Assembly (NCBI RefSeq): GCF_964204645.1
Contig: NC_134025.1
Location: forward strand, 4,216,001 to 4,280,000
DNA from: Tubulanus polymorphus
Lineage: Eukaryota > Animalia > Nemertea
Direction: 5' to 3'
DNA length: 64,000 bases
Shown here: one piece after another, positions 25,403 to 43,974 of the stretch
Position numbering within the stretch: the stretch's first letter is position 1
Layout: the number at the start of each line of letters is the position of its first letter
The notes under the pieces: generated by a model
Database searches by the model: none
What the model was told of the DNA's origin: nothing
The model's input: only the letters and a program-made list of their open reading frames with translations
Program-made: the position numbers and the translations under genes

Positions 25403-26062
25403 ATCTACTAACAAATTACTTTACATCGCACAACAGAAATTCTGAAATTTGAAAAAAGGATAATAGCGTTTGAAAGCTGTTCAAAGATGAAATTTCAATT
25501 GAAAAATTAAAAAAATTAATAGAAGGCGATTGGCTACATTGACATCAATTTCTCCTGTGGTGAAAAGAAATGGAACAAGAAATGAGCCAGTTGCATGATT
25601 TTTAGACTTACCATACTAAGGACATAGTTCCAAAATAACGTGTTTCGTTCCTTATCAGTTAGTGTGTACATTATACGAGCAGCGTGTGCGAATATTCAAA
25701 GCTTTTCGGTATCTTTTTGTACTTTGATTGATTTTTGATGCTTTTGTGCTGATAATTGAATGATTTTTGAACTGTACAAGTGCGCCCTCTGTGTGTGACT
25801 ATTGAATTGAATTGGTTGTATAGCATTGGGCCACGTTATAAATTTCATCTTACAAATATTCCTCATTTCATAAATAAACAGCAAATTGAAATACGAAATC
25901 GGATGATTCAAATATAAATCTTAATTCTATTTGATTTCTATGGATTTCTGTTTCATGGTCAGTAAATGGTGTAGTATTTTTTTGTAATTTAGGATAACTC
26001 CGAGAAGCATTGTATTCCAACAGAATACAACTTACTATAAACAAAACTAAAAAGAAATTAAA

Positions 26063-29000
26063 ATGTCATCGAAGGAGTCGGTTTATGATGCGTTACTGCA
26101 GCATCTCGAGGGCATGCTCTTCCAAATTCCAGTGATGTCATTCATAGATAGACACTGCGCAGGTAGGATCAGTATATTTGTGTTTGCTGCGTTGAAAACT
26201 CTTAAATTTTGATAGAATTCAGTTTTATCAATTTACTTCCGGGTTGACGAAATAAAGTCTGTTGTGCAATTATCTTCGCACAATTTACCACAATTCATTT
26301 AATCGCGAATGTAAAGATAGATTTTTTTGTGCACAAGGATTGATGACATGGTGTATTTTTTTAGCAGGGCCACACCTAAATTAGTAGTAGGCCTAAAGCC
26401 GTTGTTCCTCACCATAACAGCATCTGGTATTCAGACTAGGCCGCACATAGGCCTAGCGGCGGGCAGTTGCAATTTTGGAAAAGTGTTGCAAATATTATTT
26501 AAATTGTTTTAATTGGTATCCTTTCGGAATTCTCTCCCCCTAACTCAAAAGCTAGGGGTATAGCCCTGACCCTGTTAAGGCAATTTGATTTTTAGTGATT
26601 GATTAACCTGGTCGTGTTGGCATTGTTAGATAGAAAGGCTGCATCATTCATACAATCCTTTCACAAAGTTGTTACTGGGTGAGGCCGTTGTCTAATTCAA
26701 GTTGTCTTTCAATGCTAATGAAAATGATCATAGAATGCTGAATATACTGCTAATGTTATGTATTCATAATAGACTCCAGTGTTTAACTAGGGGCCTAAAA
26801 GAAAGTATTTATCTTCTCACATACTTGAATACCTTACAGGAATCATATGTGAACATATACTCTAATCAAAGACGATATAAGGAAGGAGAAAAGGAATCCA
26901 ATCCTAATATGCCTATCATTTTATCTCACTTGGGCCACAATTAATTGCCTCTCACTCAAAAAGCCTCTGCTTTGTACCTTGAGACCTCGTTTTTTGTTTT
27001 GGACCCTGATAGTAAGACGCCTCAATCCATTCTAATTTTTTTGATAAATGTGAAAAACGTAAATTATAATTGAATATCATACATAGGCTTCAGATCATTA
27101 AAGGCTGAATAGTCGTAAAAGATCCTATCTTGGAATATAAACGGTCTTTAAAATGTCATTTTTCACATATGGTATAAAAGCCCCAATTGTTTGTAGTACT
27201 AGGCTATGTTTTAAAAAAGGTCAAAGTCTGCATTAAGCAGTAACTGAAAATAAAGGATTTTTTTCAATAACCTGATTTGCGATATATATTTAGTTTAATT
27301 TCCAATTGCTTGAGGGCTCTATTTTGCCTCAAATTGGGAAAGTTATAAGGATATTTATTTGATGAGATTTGCCTGTTTGTTTACAATGCAAATCACTCCA
27401 TCTATTAGAATGTATTATGTACTGGAAGGTTTGTGTGCTGTGAAAAATTATTGATTACACATAGCTTGAAAATCATTTATGTGTGGTATACAACAGAGAA
27501 TAGGAAAAACGATTTCATGCGTAGAGTTTATCGGAAAGAAGTCTTAACCATAACCTAAATCTACAGAATCAAGTGTTTAAATACTAATTTATTCAGATGA
27601 ATAGAAATATTTGAGCAATGTGGAATGGGCCATTTAGGCTAAAAATATTTGATACCTTTTTGTTTCTCCTTTCTGCTGACCTTCAAAGTTGAACCGGCCA
27701 GCCACCTATCTGCCCTGTACACCCGGTATTTTCTTTTAAATCATGATCAAGTTAACCATAAGAGATCCAGCAGGTATAAAAAAAAGAACTGATTACTAAT
27801 TTTATTACAGTTTACAATATGACCCAGCCGATAAGGGGAAACAATTAGGTATAATTTATTTTTTAGCCTTAACTTAAGAAATTGCTTCTTGTTCTTGTCC
27901 AGCAGTTTGTTTTATCCTTGTATGATAAAACTGTTGTATGCATAATAATTTACTCCACCATAAATCTGATTGAAGAGCCGGTGATCTTCTGTTACCATGG
28001 ATACAGCATCAATGAGTATCTGATGATCGCAGCCTTTATAGGCAGGGATTTATCGATTTAAATGTCACGCAGATAATGTCTGAAAGCAAAATCATTCCAT
28101 CTTCATTAACGCTTCTGTTAGTGGGAAGCTGGCTGTATTTGAAACCCATACTCGCTGAATAGAATGCGTGTTTAACAATTTTTAACGAGTCAATAAAATC
28201 TCAGGTTAATTCCATGTTCATTTAAAGCAGAATTTGGTAAAATGTAAATACAATGTCACTCTATCATATAGATAATGATCTCTTTTGCCCTCATTGATTT
28301 CAGTTTTTGATCCTACGACCGAAAACTGTCCAGAATATGAAAAAATCTGGGAGCAATATAAAGAACTGGTGAGTTGGACATGTAGGATTTTTCATGAAAT
28401 CTAGGCCGTAGTTGGTCAATTAGTTAATGTATTCTGATAAATTTCTTGACCGAACAATTTATCATAATTCACAACAAGTAGAGTTATATATCGTGATTGA
28501 TTGAAAATATATAAATTTCCCGTTGTTTCTGTAAAATAGGTTTCTCAGTTATTGGATGGCTTCAGGGAGGACTGTGGTGTTACGCACGAACAGATAATAA
28601 AGGCACTTAAGGAACTTGACAAAAACCGAGACTTCCACGAAGTATACAAGGTCTGTCCAGTAGTCCGGTATATCTCTATGTAATCTATTGTTCGGTGTAG
28701 ACTTCTAAACAATTGATCTTTTTTTCAGTCTATATTTGAACAAGTTTTCGCCACTGTTAGCGTGGATATATTCATTCAAATGATGACAACTAAAAATGTG
28801 GAGTTACAGCATCAGGTTTGTATTTAGATAATTCCTTGATGGTTTTATACTTTTACATAGAGCATTAGCCTTTATTTCAAATGATTTTTTGTTTTTGTAT
28901 TGTAGGTGTTGATGGTGTTACTGTCACAGTCTGGTCAGGTACCTGGTATTTTACAATCGGATGATCCAATAGATGAAAAACCCGGTGCAAAGACTTCTGA

Positions 29001-30209
29001 ACCTGATCGGGAAGATGATATCCTAGAGGCTGTTTTAAGGTTGCATCTTGATAGATAGAAGTTTGGAATGATACTATAGACTATGAAGAATTCAATATTT
29101 GGTATTTTTATCATAGGAAATCGAAGGCTGAATATGATGCGCTAAAAGCCAAGGAAAAACAGTCTGAGGAAGATATGATAAAAGCGTTAAAACTCTCAAA
29201 ACTTGAGGCTGAAAATCTACAACATATGCATAAAGAATTACAAAACCAGTTACATGTTGTAAGCATTGATTGAAATAATGATGTCATGAATGTGTATCTT
29301 TGAACTATTCAAATTTATAGCAGTTATTCCTTATTTCTATATTACAGAACCTAGCGACACTTACAATGAATGAAAGTCAGACCACTGCTCCAGCAGTACC
29401 GCCGCAGTCAGAATTTACCAATCCAAAACCTGACAATCGACCTAAGGCATCCAATGACAATTCAAAGACAGAGCCATTATTACTTAAAAGCCGATCGAAG
29501 GGAGAAGAAACCGAGAATATTTTTGCAAAAAAGGATAAAGTGGTATATTTCAAAATATTAATGTATCTGACTTCATTTAAACGGTTTTGATTGTAATATA
29601 ATCTGGGATGACGCTTCGTAATTTGCAGGCAATTCCTCCAGCAATGTTTCCTACAACAAAACCATTATCATCAACGCAACCTGAACCAAAGTCGAAAACA
29701 TCAGTAGAACCTGCAGTCAGCGTTAAGTCTGATCTTCCTCCTGTGTCGGGAGTTAAACAGATAAGTGGAGCCGAAGCGGCAGCTAACTGGTTAGCAACAG
29801 CCATGTCTGAATCTGATCGACAATCGTCAACCGCTGCTGAAATAGCCGTATGTATCTAACCCTCATTCACGGGTTATTTTAACAAGAAACCTTAAAAAAT
29901 AACATCAACGAATTCAAACAATTGTCATTGCAGGCTAATATGCCCAAGATGTCTCGTGAAGAATTGCTTCAAAGGCAGCAGTACTTAAAAACTCAACGAG
30001 ACAAGCTCATCGCGTTGAAGCAAAAAGAGCGAGAAAACCATTTGAAATCAGCTGAGAAGAAACAACCGACCCGTCCACAATCAGCACGCGCTGCACGATC
30101 AGCTATGAAAACCACTTCACAATCAACACCAGAAATCGATGAGAAACAATTAGCAATGAGAAAAACAATTGCTGATAGACTGAAGAAAGAAGTGATTGGT
30201 AAGAGATGA
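26063..30209 (+). CDS. CFAP36: Cilia- and flagella-associated protein 36 (CCDC104, BART domain)
   Basis: MSSKESVYDALLQHLEGMLFQIPVMSFIDRHCAVFDP...EYEKIWEQYKELV...FIQMMTTKNVELQHQ (BART-like). C-terminus EELLQRQQYLKTQRDKLIALK...RPQSARAAR...IADRLKKEVI. Confidence 0.85.
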
Positions 30210-33200
30210 TAGACATGTTATTTCATCCTGCGCACTCACTTTGTCGCCACTCATCAGATATAACTGTTGTCATCACAGTGTGTTGTGTTGTCTTTACAAA
30301 AGTATTGTTTTATGTTTTATCAGCTCTAAAAGAATTGACCATCACACTTTGAGTGATTTATGAAGAGATATAATCAGTTGTATAATATGAAATGATAATG
30401 TGTGTGTCCATAAGAGTATGTCTGTTTATAAATTCTTGTGGTGCTGTATCGAAAATAGGATGTAAAATAATTTGTATGCGTCCAAGCATTTGTTGCAGTA
30501 TTCTATCCAAAATTCAACGTCTTGATTGATTTTGATGAGGTATTTTGCCGAGGTACAGTTTAATTATCGTGAGAGATATAGTTTATATATACTTCTGTTG
30601 TATTTATTGATATTTTTCTTATTATTAAATGTAAAGACCTTTCATAATGTATGTATGTAACTATAGAGGGATCGAAATTCTATTATCTGTTTAAAAAGTT
30701 TGCAAATTCGCCATAAAGAAAATTGGTTCATACATCATACAAAATGAATGGTCTCATAATCAAGTGAAATACCGGTACATCATGCATTACTGGTATTTCA
30801 TTGCTCAAGTTTTAATTAATGTCATCCACAACAATCAAGTATATTTATAGAATGCAAAAAATTGGAACATTTGAATGATGCATCTCTTGTGGTGCTGTAT
30901 CGAATGATGCAGTTGAACGTCGTTATCAATTAAATATATTTTTATTTTATAATTAAATGTTTCTGTTGTTCTTATTCTTCCTTCATATCAGCCACTGTAT
31001 ATAAGTGTTGTCAGGAGAGGTAGCCATTTAACAACCTTCAAGTGATTCCTTGGTTATTTGCACGTGTTCACACCTGCACCAATTACTGAATGTCTCGCAT
31101 TCCCATGATCCTGTCAATTAACTGTTTTACATCATTGAAGTGATTCAAACATGGAATGGTCTCTCACGTATGGGATTTACTGACAACTAAGTCAATTTTG
31201 GCTATGTATTTACATTTGATTTCAAAGTAGCGCTTTGTGATTGATGTATGTACCTAAAGTTTATTCATGCATTCTATTAATCTCTTGCAGTGTTGGATGA
31301 TTCCAAGTAACTAGTTGCATGCGCAAGGACAATGACGCTTATAGTGTGGTGTTGATATTGTTGTACACCAGTAGATGGAAGTATTCTAGAAGACTCTACT
31401 CTGCTGTTCTCCCGTCCATGGTGGGAGGTCTCGTTGTCTTGTAGTTCAGCGACCTGTACACAGTAAATTTTCTGTAGTCATAAATCATAAGATAATCACT
31501 TATTTCTGACCTGTGATACACGTATTCTAATATAGATAGGTAATTGAATCTCGGCAGTTCTTGAGGTTGGTATTTAATGCAATGATTGAGAATTATTTCC
31601 GTCTATTTATTTTGTGGCTATTAATTCGATCCAATAGAGAACGGTTAATCTCTGTCGCATGTAACTAAGTCAATAAATAATAAATTCCTTATAAAGCTCG
31701 TTTTTTTTTAAGCTCAAGATGTAGCCTTGCAAATAATAAGCATGAAGGTTCTTGCTTTATTTCCACAACACTGCCTATGTGTGGTTTAAGATGGGTTAGA
31801 TTTGTAGATAATGCCAAATAATAAGTTGGACCTCAGTTATTGCAAATTCTTCCGTTTGAAAATTTAAGAATAGGCATGATGACCCAGTAATTCCGAAGAT
31901 GAAATTGAATTCAAATTGTCACGTGTCCGTGCAACCAGACCATCAAGAATTGGAACAAACAATAACTGAACGACGAAAATGCCTATGTTTCAAAGCTTCA
32001 TTTATTTATATAGTAACTGAGTTACAATTTTACAAGATTTTAAAAAATCCCATCGAACTACAAAAATGAGTTGGGCATGATTAACATCCTATGATGTACA
32101 CATACAAGTGCCTAAGCCAGATAGATAAGGACAATGTTTATCTAGTAATGGAAGAACGTTGGATTCATCGAACATAAAAATTGAAGCTGAACGTACATTC
32201 GAAGAATGTTGCAGTCATTTGATACAAGTACAAGAAATTCTATAGTAATCTTATCTAATAATTGAATTCTAATAGCTGAATGTGTTGGCGTCACGATGCT
32301 AGCTTAGGCACAAGTACTGGTTCATGAATCCTTTCAATCAACGACAGTTTCATTTTTGTGTGAATACATTAAATAGTGATGACATTGTACATTATTCAAT
32401 ATTCATGAGATCGTTTTTTTTTTTAAATTTTCATATACTAAAATCCATAATTATCATTGGCTAAAATCTTGGCATCCCCGAATCAATAATATACCATTGT
32501 GCCCAAAATACACAAGCCATAATTCATGACGACATTATTCCAAAGCATAGAATCCTATGAATCTTAGGGTCTCCGTATGGATTTTAATGCACAATGGAAC
32601 CCTCCACAAGACCACTCATTAATTCCACTCCGAGATTTATATCATATTGAGGTTTCATTGCACAGATGCTTCATTTTCCAAATCGAACAACATATACATT
32701 TCAATGATGAAAATACTCTGCTCAAACGTTTTTCTTATACCTGGCCATAAATAAATTCATATCCATAAACAAAGACAGCATGAGCTGAATTGACTACCGT
32801 TATCACATAAATCTAGTTTCTGTGATTAACCCACCCAGTGGAAAGAAAACTATTATCTTAATTGCCTAATTCCAGACTAGGACTTCTGTGTGGTTTAAAT
32901 TTTTACGAGGGAAATTTCAATCAAGAATTGACAATCAGCCTGATCTAATTAAACGACTGCCGTGCATTTCAAAACTATGAAATCAGTGCAAAATAACGAT
33001 CTAACAAATTGCATTATACAAACATTTCCATCGCCGGAGAAAATTCACCATAATTGTCTGATCTAGTCAACGAGAGGGACGATAGCGAGAATTCAAACAG
33101 TAACATTCATTGGTGTATGATGGGTTTTTTAAACGACTAGAGACCTCCATACATAGATTACAGATACTACCGAATTCATACAGATATATACTCAGAAACT

Positions 33201-34175
33201 TTTCACTCAGTAGTTATATAACTGTCTTCACTACCCTTAGATGCTATTTAATAGCTAATTTAGTCATTTTCACAATCCGACCGACCTCATGGACTCATCT
33301 ATAACGCAAGACATAAAATAAATTACCGTATCATATATCTAATTTAACTCGATGGAATTTTCTCGTTACGGAAAATGTCTCTCCATGAAATTTGCTTCTC
33401 ATCGAGTGAAGATTTCAACACTATGGCAGTATAAAATACAACACAGAAACGTGTACTGTACATCGCGGATGAAGGCACATAAAAACTACACTATTATGAA
33501 GTCGAGAGCAGTCCTTTTCTCCGCACCTCATCAGTGCATGTGTTACAGCCTTTTTTTCGCAATACAGTAGTCGATTTTTTTTGTCAATTTTTAATTCTAT
33601 AAATACTTACAATTTTTTCTATACTAGCAATCACAACAGTGTCTCAAATGAAAATTTTTCATTTTTAAAAGGAGCAACAACCATTATAATCAATGTTGAT
33701 ATTATCATTTCTATTATAATCGGTTATCATTTAATCCTATTCTGTACAACTGCGTGCGGGTAAAAAATTGCTCCAACCTCCCAATCTACAGTATTCACAA
33801 TTTACTTACAACTTCATTTGAATATATATATATATATATGTATATATATATTTATTTATATTTTTTATTTCTGTAAAATGTAAGTCTATCCTCAATAGAA
33901 AGCCCTTTCATGTCTCAACATTGGATACATTTATTTTGTGAGTCCAATATCGGGCGAGGAGCGGGTCAGTGATTAGCCGAGCCAGTCACGCTTTGAGAAC
34001 ATTCGCTGCCATTTAAACTAATGACGATCTTACGTACGTCTATCCCTGAATGTGGAATGTCCTCATCGTTTTATTCATTATTTCAACGTTACAACAAGAA
34101 AGTTCTTCGATATCCGACTTGCTTGTGGGTGTGAGTGATTTGTCCTTCGCATTGAAAGCCAGCTTTGATAAGTCT

Positions 34176-38416
<4,241 letters not shown>

Positions 38417-39417
38417 TTATTTTCAAAACGCTGCAAAAAAGAAAATATATAATTAGGAAGAAAATTTTATATAAAAAGGCGGTGAAAAATTCACTTATTT
38501 AATGCATGGAAAGCCGAGATGAACTATATACACTGCTTTAAATGTAAACACTACACAGTTCTCCACAACTGACATATTTTCACTTTAACCCAAAGAAGCG
38601 CGACCCTGCACAGAGTGATTTCATCACGCACAAAAATGTTTCTCAATCGAACGAAGTCGAAACACAACACACACAAGATTTTGAGAACGAGAATTGAGAT
38701 AGCTTTAGCTAGGTAAAGTTTATACCTGATATATCAAATATTCTGCAAACCAAAACCAACTAAACAATAACTGAACATTATCACTAAACGATCTACAACT
38801 GATAAACAATGCTTACAATCTGCAATTAACGGGATTAAGGTGATTAATTCGCCCGCTAGCCCTTCCGACACGAATCTACATTAAACTCCGCCATCTTGAA
38901 TCCTCGAAAAACAAAGCGCGGGGTTTACCGCAGCCATTTCACGGCGTCCCAACATCGATATTTGATAAGAATCTTTGTCGATTAAGTTGATAATTACTTA
39001 ACAGATAAATTATGAAGAGAATTAATGATTTGAAATGATATTGAAGAATTGATTGAAATTATGATCGTAATTCCATCAATTAATGATGTAAGTGATGTCG
39101 TAAAAAAGACCGCCGTAAACCTAACCGCACTTCCGGCGTAATTTTGACAGCTGACTAATTATTATTACAAATTCAACTTTTAGTTTCACTAGTAGTAGGC
39201 CTAAGTAAGTAAAATCATTACCTTATCCCTGATGGTTTGAATAAATATCTTTCTACTTACTGGGGAATGGCTCCGTTCCATATTAACTGAAGTTACAACA
39301 AATTGATACACCGGTCGGTGTCGGGTGGTGACACTACTTACTGACCTGACACCGTTATTTACCATGTCTCATGATGAATATGATTACTACAGAATTTATT
39401 TATTAATTTAGGTGGCA

Positions 39418-40921
39418 ATGTCGATGATGTCCTCAATTGCAAGATACGTACCCAAATATGCCTTCCCTTTAAGTTTATTGGGCACGATCATTGGTGGGAC
39501 AGTATTACTTAAGTAGGTAAAAAAAACCTGTTCATACTTTGCTGGGAAACTTGGTGGGCAGTGGCGATGGTGATAAACACTTCTATTTTTAGGGATTGGA
39601 TGAGAGGAAAGAAATATGAAGGAAAAGAGAAAGTAATTGGTAAAACTGTGATCGTCACAGGAGCAAACACTGGCATTGGTAAAGAAACTGCGAAAGAGTT
39701 AGCCAAAAGAGGTATATATTTTCTATGATATAATATTTGTTATATCCTCTACTGCTGCTGCTATAGGCCTGTTAGTTGTAATTTATTTTCATGCATTGAA
39801 GGGGCTCGAGTTATTTTGGCTGGTCGGAATAATGAGAAATGTGAATTGGCTCGAGATGAAATTATCAAAGAAACTGCTAATCGAAATGTTGAAGCTCGCC
39901 ACCTTGATTTAGCATCATTGCAATCGATCAAAGAATTTGCTGAAGAAATATGTAGGAGTAAGTTTGTTTGAGACCAACATGTAAATCTGCATATTCTCTG
40001 AAACTGTGATAGATAAGATAATGTTTTCTTTTATCTATTAGCTGAGAGACATGTTGACATTCTGATAAATAACGCTGGCGTTATGCGATGTCCTAAATCT
40101 CTTACTACAGATGGATTTGAAATGCAACTCGGTGTGAATCATTTAGGTTAGTATTGTAAGAAGTTATTATCCAGTAATCATGCAATTATGCGTTTTGTTT
40201 ACTTTTTCCATTTTCTCAAACTTACAGGCCATTTTTACCTTACAAACCTATTGCTACCGAAGTTAAAAGATTCAGCACCGAGTCGTATCATTACTTTAAG
40301 TAGCTTGGCTCATAGGAGAGGTGAAATGAATTTCAGTGATCTGAACAGCAGTTCATCCTATAGTCCCGGTGGTGCTTATTCTCAGAGCAAAATTGCCAAC
40401 ATACTCTTTACAGTAGAATTAGCAAAACGGTTAGAAGGTACTAATTCTCAATTATCAAGATTGAAGTGGTGAATTATTTTGTTTATATACACTTTAAATT
40501 CAGGGGTTTAATTTTTTAATCATTTAGGAACTGGTGTGACTGCTTTGGCTGTTAATCCTGGTATTGTGGACACAGAATTGATGCGACATTTGTCCATATA
40601 TAAATCAACCTTCTCGAGAATAATTTTAGCGCCACTAAGATGGATTTTCCTGAAAACTCCAAATGAAGGGGCTCAAACTTCATTATATGCAGCTCTATCC
40701 AAAGATCTAGATGGTGTATCTGGGAAATATCTGAGGTATGTAGTAGGTGTATGAAAATGCTCGTTACATACAAATTGTGATTTTATTGGCTGTGTATTGA
40801 TGAATGAAAATGTTTGTTTTATAGTAATTGTGCTATAGAAGAGGCAAGTAAAGAAGCACGGGATGAAAAAGCTGCTGAACGTCTTTGGTTAATCAGTGAA
40901 AAATGGACAAGGCTTAAATGA
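39418..40921 (+). CDS. RDH13: Retinol dehydrogenase 13-like short-chain dehydrogenase/reductase
   Basis: [47 protein letters not shown], catalytic [20 protein letters not shown]. Confidence 0.8.
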
Positions 40922-41426
40922 TGATTGAATCAATTGATGCATAAGTTTTCTTAATCATTATCTAATTTTCTAAGAATCTTTCTACTGGGGTGATTATTTT
41001 TTGTATCAAAAGCACTGTCAAGATTTATGGTGAAAATAGATTTGAAGTTATATTTTCTAATATTCATTATGTTTTGTCAGTAGGCGCTATCGTCAAGTCT
41101 GGTTGGTGGTAAATTGAGCCAAAAAACATTGAGTACCAGTAATAAATTGTCCTTAGAAATTGTGTCCTTAAAAGACAACTTGCGAGGAAAGTAAAAAAAA
41201 AAATCTTTGTATACATTCATTTTATTTATACTTTTATATACATACAAAACATGTATTCATTGACAACTTTGCTCCTACTTATTTCTATATAAATATGCTG
41301 GCATAATTAAATAAAATCAAAACATGTATAAAATAGTACAGAAATCTATACAGTATAATAATAAGTTATCAATGATGCTATTATTGTTTTAGCATCCATA
41401 GGAATTTCATGAGTGTGGTTTGGTTT

Positions 41427-43277
41427 TCAATCAAGTTTCAGCAATTTTTTTGTTTCTATATACAACTTGGAAGCAACATCATCATCACAGCCACTTTCTG
41501 TAAGAGCTTCTTCCCTACATTCGCTGTAAGAAAAATACATCTATCTATATGTGAAATATATGGAGAAGTATATTCAGATACAATGTGATTAAAGACTTAC
41601 GAGAAGAACTTTCCGGTAACTTCTTGTAATTCCTCAGCAACTGCACACTGTATAGTAGTCTGAGCACCATCTTTAGATGTCTTCATTAAAGCATAACAGA
41701 TTGGTGCAAAGCTCAAACTAAGAAACGAATTTGATCTGAAACCCATGTATCGATAAATATTTGTGTTGCAAATTCCAGGATGGACTGTATTTACTGTGAC
41801 TCCTGAATCTGAAACAAGTTGTGAAAAAAAAAACGCATATCACATGCAATAACAGTACATATATAACCTTTAAATTGGGTTGCTCACCTTTCAACTGTTT
41901 GCTCATTTCAGTTGTAAAATGAACTAGCGCTAATTTACTCTGACTGTAAGCGTCTCCTTCTACATAATCCGTGTTTTCAAAGTTCAAATCATCAAAATTT
42001 ATTTTACCCAGTCGATAGGCAATGGCTGAGACATTTATTATCCTGCTCGGTGATGAATTCTTTAAAGTATCCAGCAACATGTGGGTTAGTAAGAATGGCC
42101 CTGAAAATAAAATGAACCTATATTACAGACAAGCTTGACGTACAATTATGAGGAAATATCTGACCCTAATGCATACCTAAGTAGTTTACTTGAAAGTGTG
42201 TTTCAAACCCATCCTCGGTTATTGTCTTAGGACAACACATTACACCAGCATTATTAATTAGGATATGTAAACTGGATTCTTCTACAATAGAATACAAACA
42301 CAGTCACAAATATCAACATCTTTAAAACAATCTGAAATATATAATGAGCGTATAATGATTACACTTACGCTCAATGAATTTTTTTGCAAACTGCTTTATT
42401 GACTTGAAAGATGCGAGATCAAGCTTCATCACTATGATATTTTTGTTGCGCGTTTGAGATTTGAGTTTTAGCAGCGTTTCGTTCCCTTTGGTTTCATCGC
42501 GACACGCAAGAATTATTCGAGCACCTGAAATTATACAGAAATAATTGTAATAACATAATTAGGTCTAAAAATGTCCGAAATAATGATTCGGGCTAGGTTA
42601 CCTCTGTTAGCCAGTTCAAATGCGGTTTCATGACCTACTCCGCCACTTGCTCCAGTAATGATGACAGTTTTCCCCTTCAATTCAGCCATGCTGCTACATT
42701 GTGCTCCTTTTAGAATTGATCTAAGACAGAAACAGACACTTTGAAAAATATAATGGCATAGAAATGTATATTAATTTTTCATTTATTTTTAACAATAATT
42801 CGACTTTTAATACGACTTTTACCCTGTCCCCTTTGATTGACAATATGTATGGCATAAAAGGAAATCGACAAATTTAAGACGCAGTTAATTTTGAGTTTTT
42901 AGGGCCCAAAAAATGAATGTTGTGGCTACGGTTTCAGGGTGCAATAGCTGCACTTACGGGAGTGAGGTTAGCTCTAACCCTATTCTTTTATGCGTGCGCA
43001 TACATAGATCGATACAGTTCAGTTCAAAATGTATGATACATGTATATAAAAGAAAAAACAATTTTACCGTCAGTTTCTTGTGTCAAAAGTTTTCAATTTT
43101 GATTCCTCAAATCCCCACTGATAATTCAAATAAGCAGAAATACATTTTTTGGGAGGGTCATCCATAAAATTTGTAAAACACAATTTACACAAACCTGATG
43201 TAATACAAAACAGCAAATCCGATGATAAAGAAAAAGGTGTACCATGAGTCGAACAAATTATCAACCATTTCTAACAT
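41427..43277 (-). CDS. RDH11/12/13-type SDR with an N-terminal membrane anchor
   Basis: Exon 1 (43195-43277) [28 protein letters not shown] splices in phase 2 to SILKGAQC...[14 protein letters not shown]. Also [11 protein letters not shown] and [12 protein letters not shown] at 41427-41429. Confidence 0.85.
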
Positions 43278-43974
43278 TTTTAGTGAAGTTGCTTGTTTGA
43301 GGCTGTAAAATTAAAAGGAGGCTTGAAACTGCCCTAAAATATTTTAAGCGTTACCGGTTTTATACTGAAGTACCGCCTAGCGTTTGAGATCGTATATGAG
43401 TAGATGGCACCACGTCCCGTTATTTTCGGCGCCCGCGCTATTTTGAAAGTAATCGGGATTCGAACCACTCAGAAAGAACGCAATATTCAGCGAAGCGCAA
43501 CTACGGGAAAACCCATACGCGGAAGCGGAAAAACCCACCAGGTCGAATACGAAACCATCCTACTCTCGAACGTTGGAACGCTGTTGACTCGCCACTCACG
43601 CGCTGTTGTGTTGATTATCATAAGCTTTTTTTCACAAGAAGGTATGTGATAATTAATTCCTTCTTTGGTACCCCTTCTTTTTCTATAGGGCCAAGTGCTG
43701 CTTCACATCACCGTGTTTTAAATGAGGTTAAAAGAAGCGCGGTATACTATACTGCCAGTTACTCAGTTCAGTAGGCCAGGCGGCACAATAGGCAGCCAAA
43801 AAAGAGGGATTGTATTATTGTCAATGATTGTTGACGTAAAGAATGTAGAAGAAACGATAAAAGAGTTTATAATTTCACATCTTACATGTCTTACACTATC
43901 ATTTATTTATTATTGTGAAGAAAAAGAAAAAAATTGTTTTGAAGAAGAAGCTTTCGTGATTTTCTACCCGAAAA

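Noticed and set aside
28020-28084. Possible C/D box snoRNA (tgatga...ctga) in CFAP36 intron 1
   Set aside because: No terminal stem or recognisable rRNA-complementary guide. Such short boxes occur often by chance in AT-rich DNA.
31277-31453. Minus-strand open frame after an acceptor-like tacag
   Set aside because: No recognisable protein features and no plausible upstream partner exon.
42822-42855. ATG at 42855 as the start of the minus-strand SDR
   Set aside because: Its donor phase does not fit the next exon. The exon at 43195-43277 fits in phase 2 and supplies the membrane anchor.
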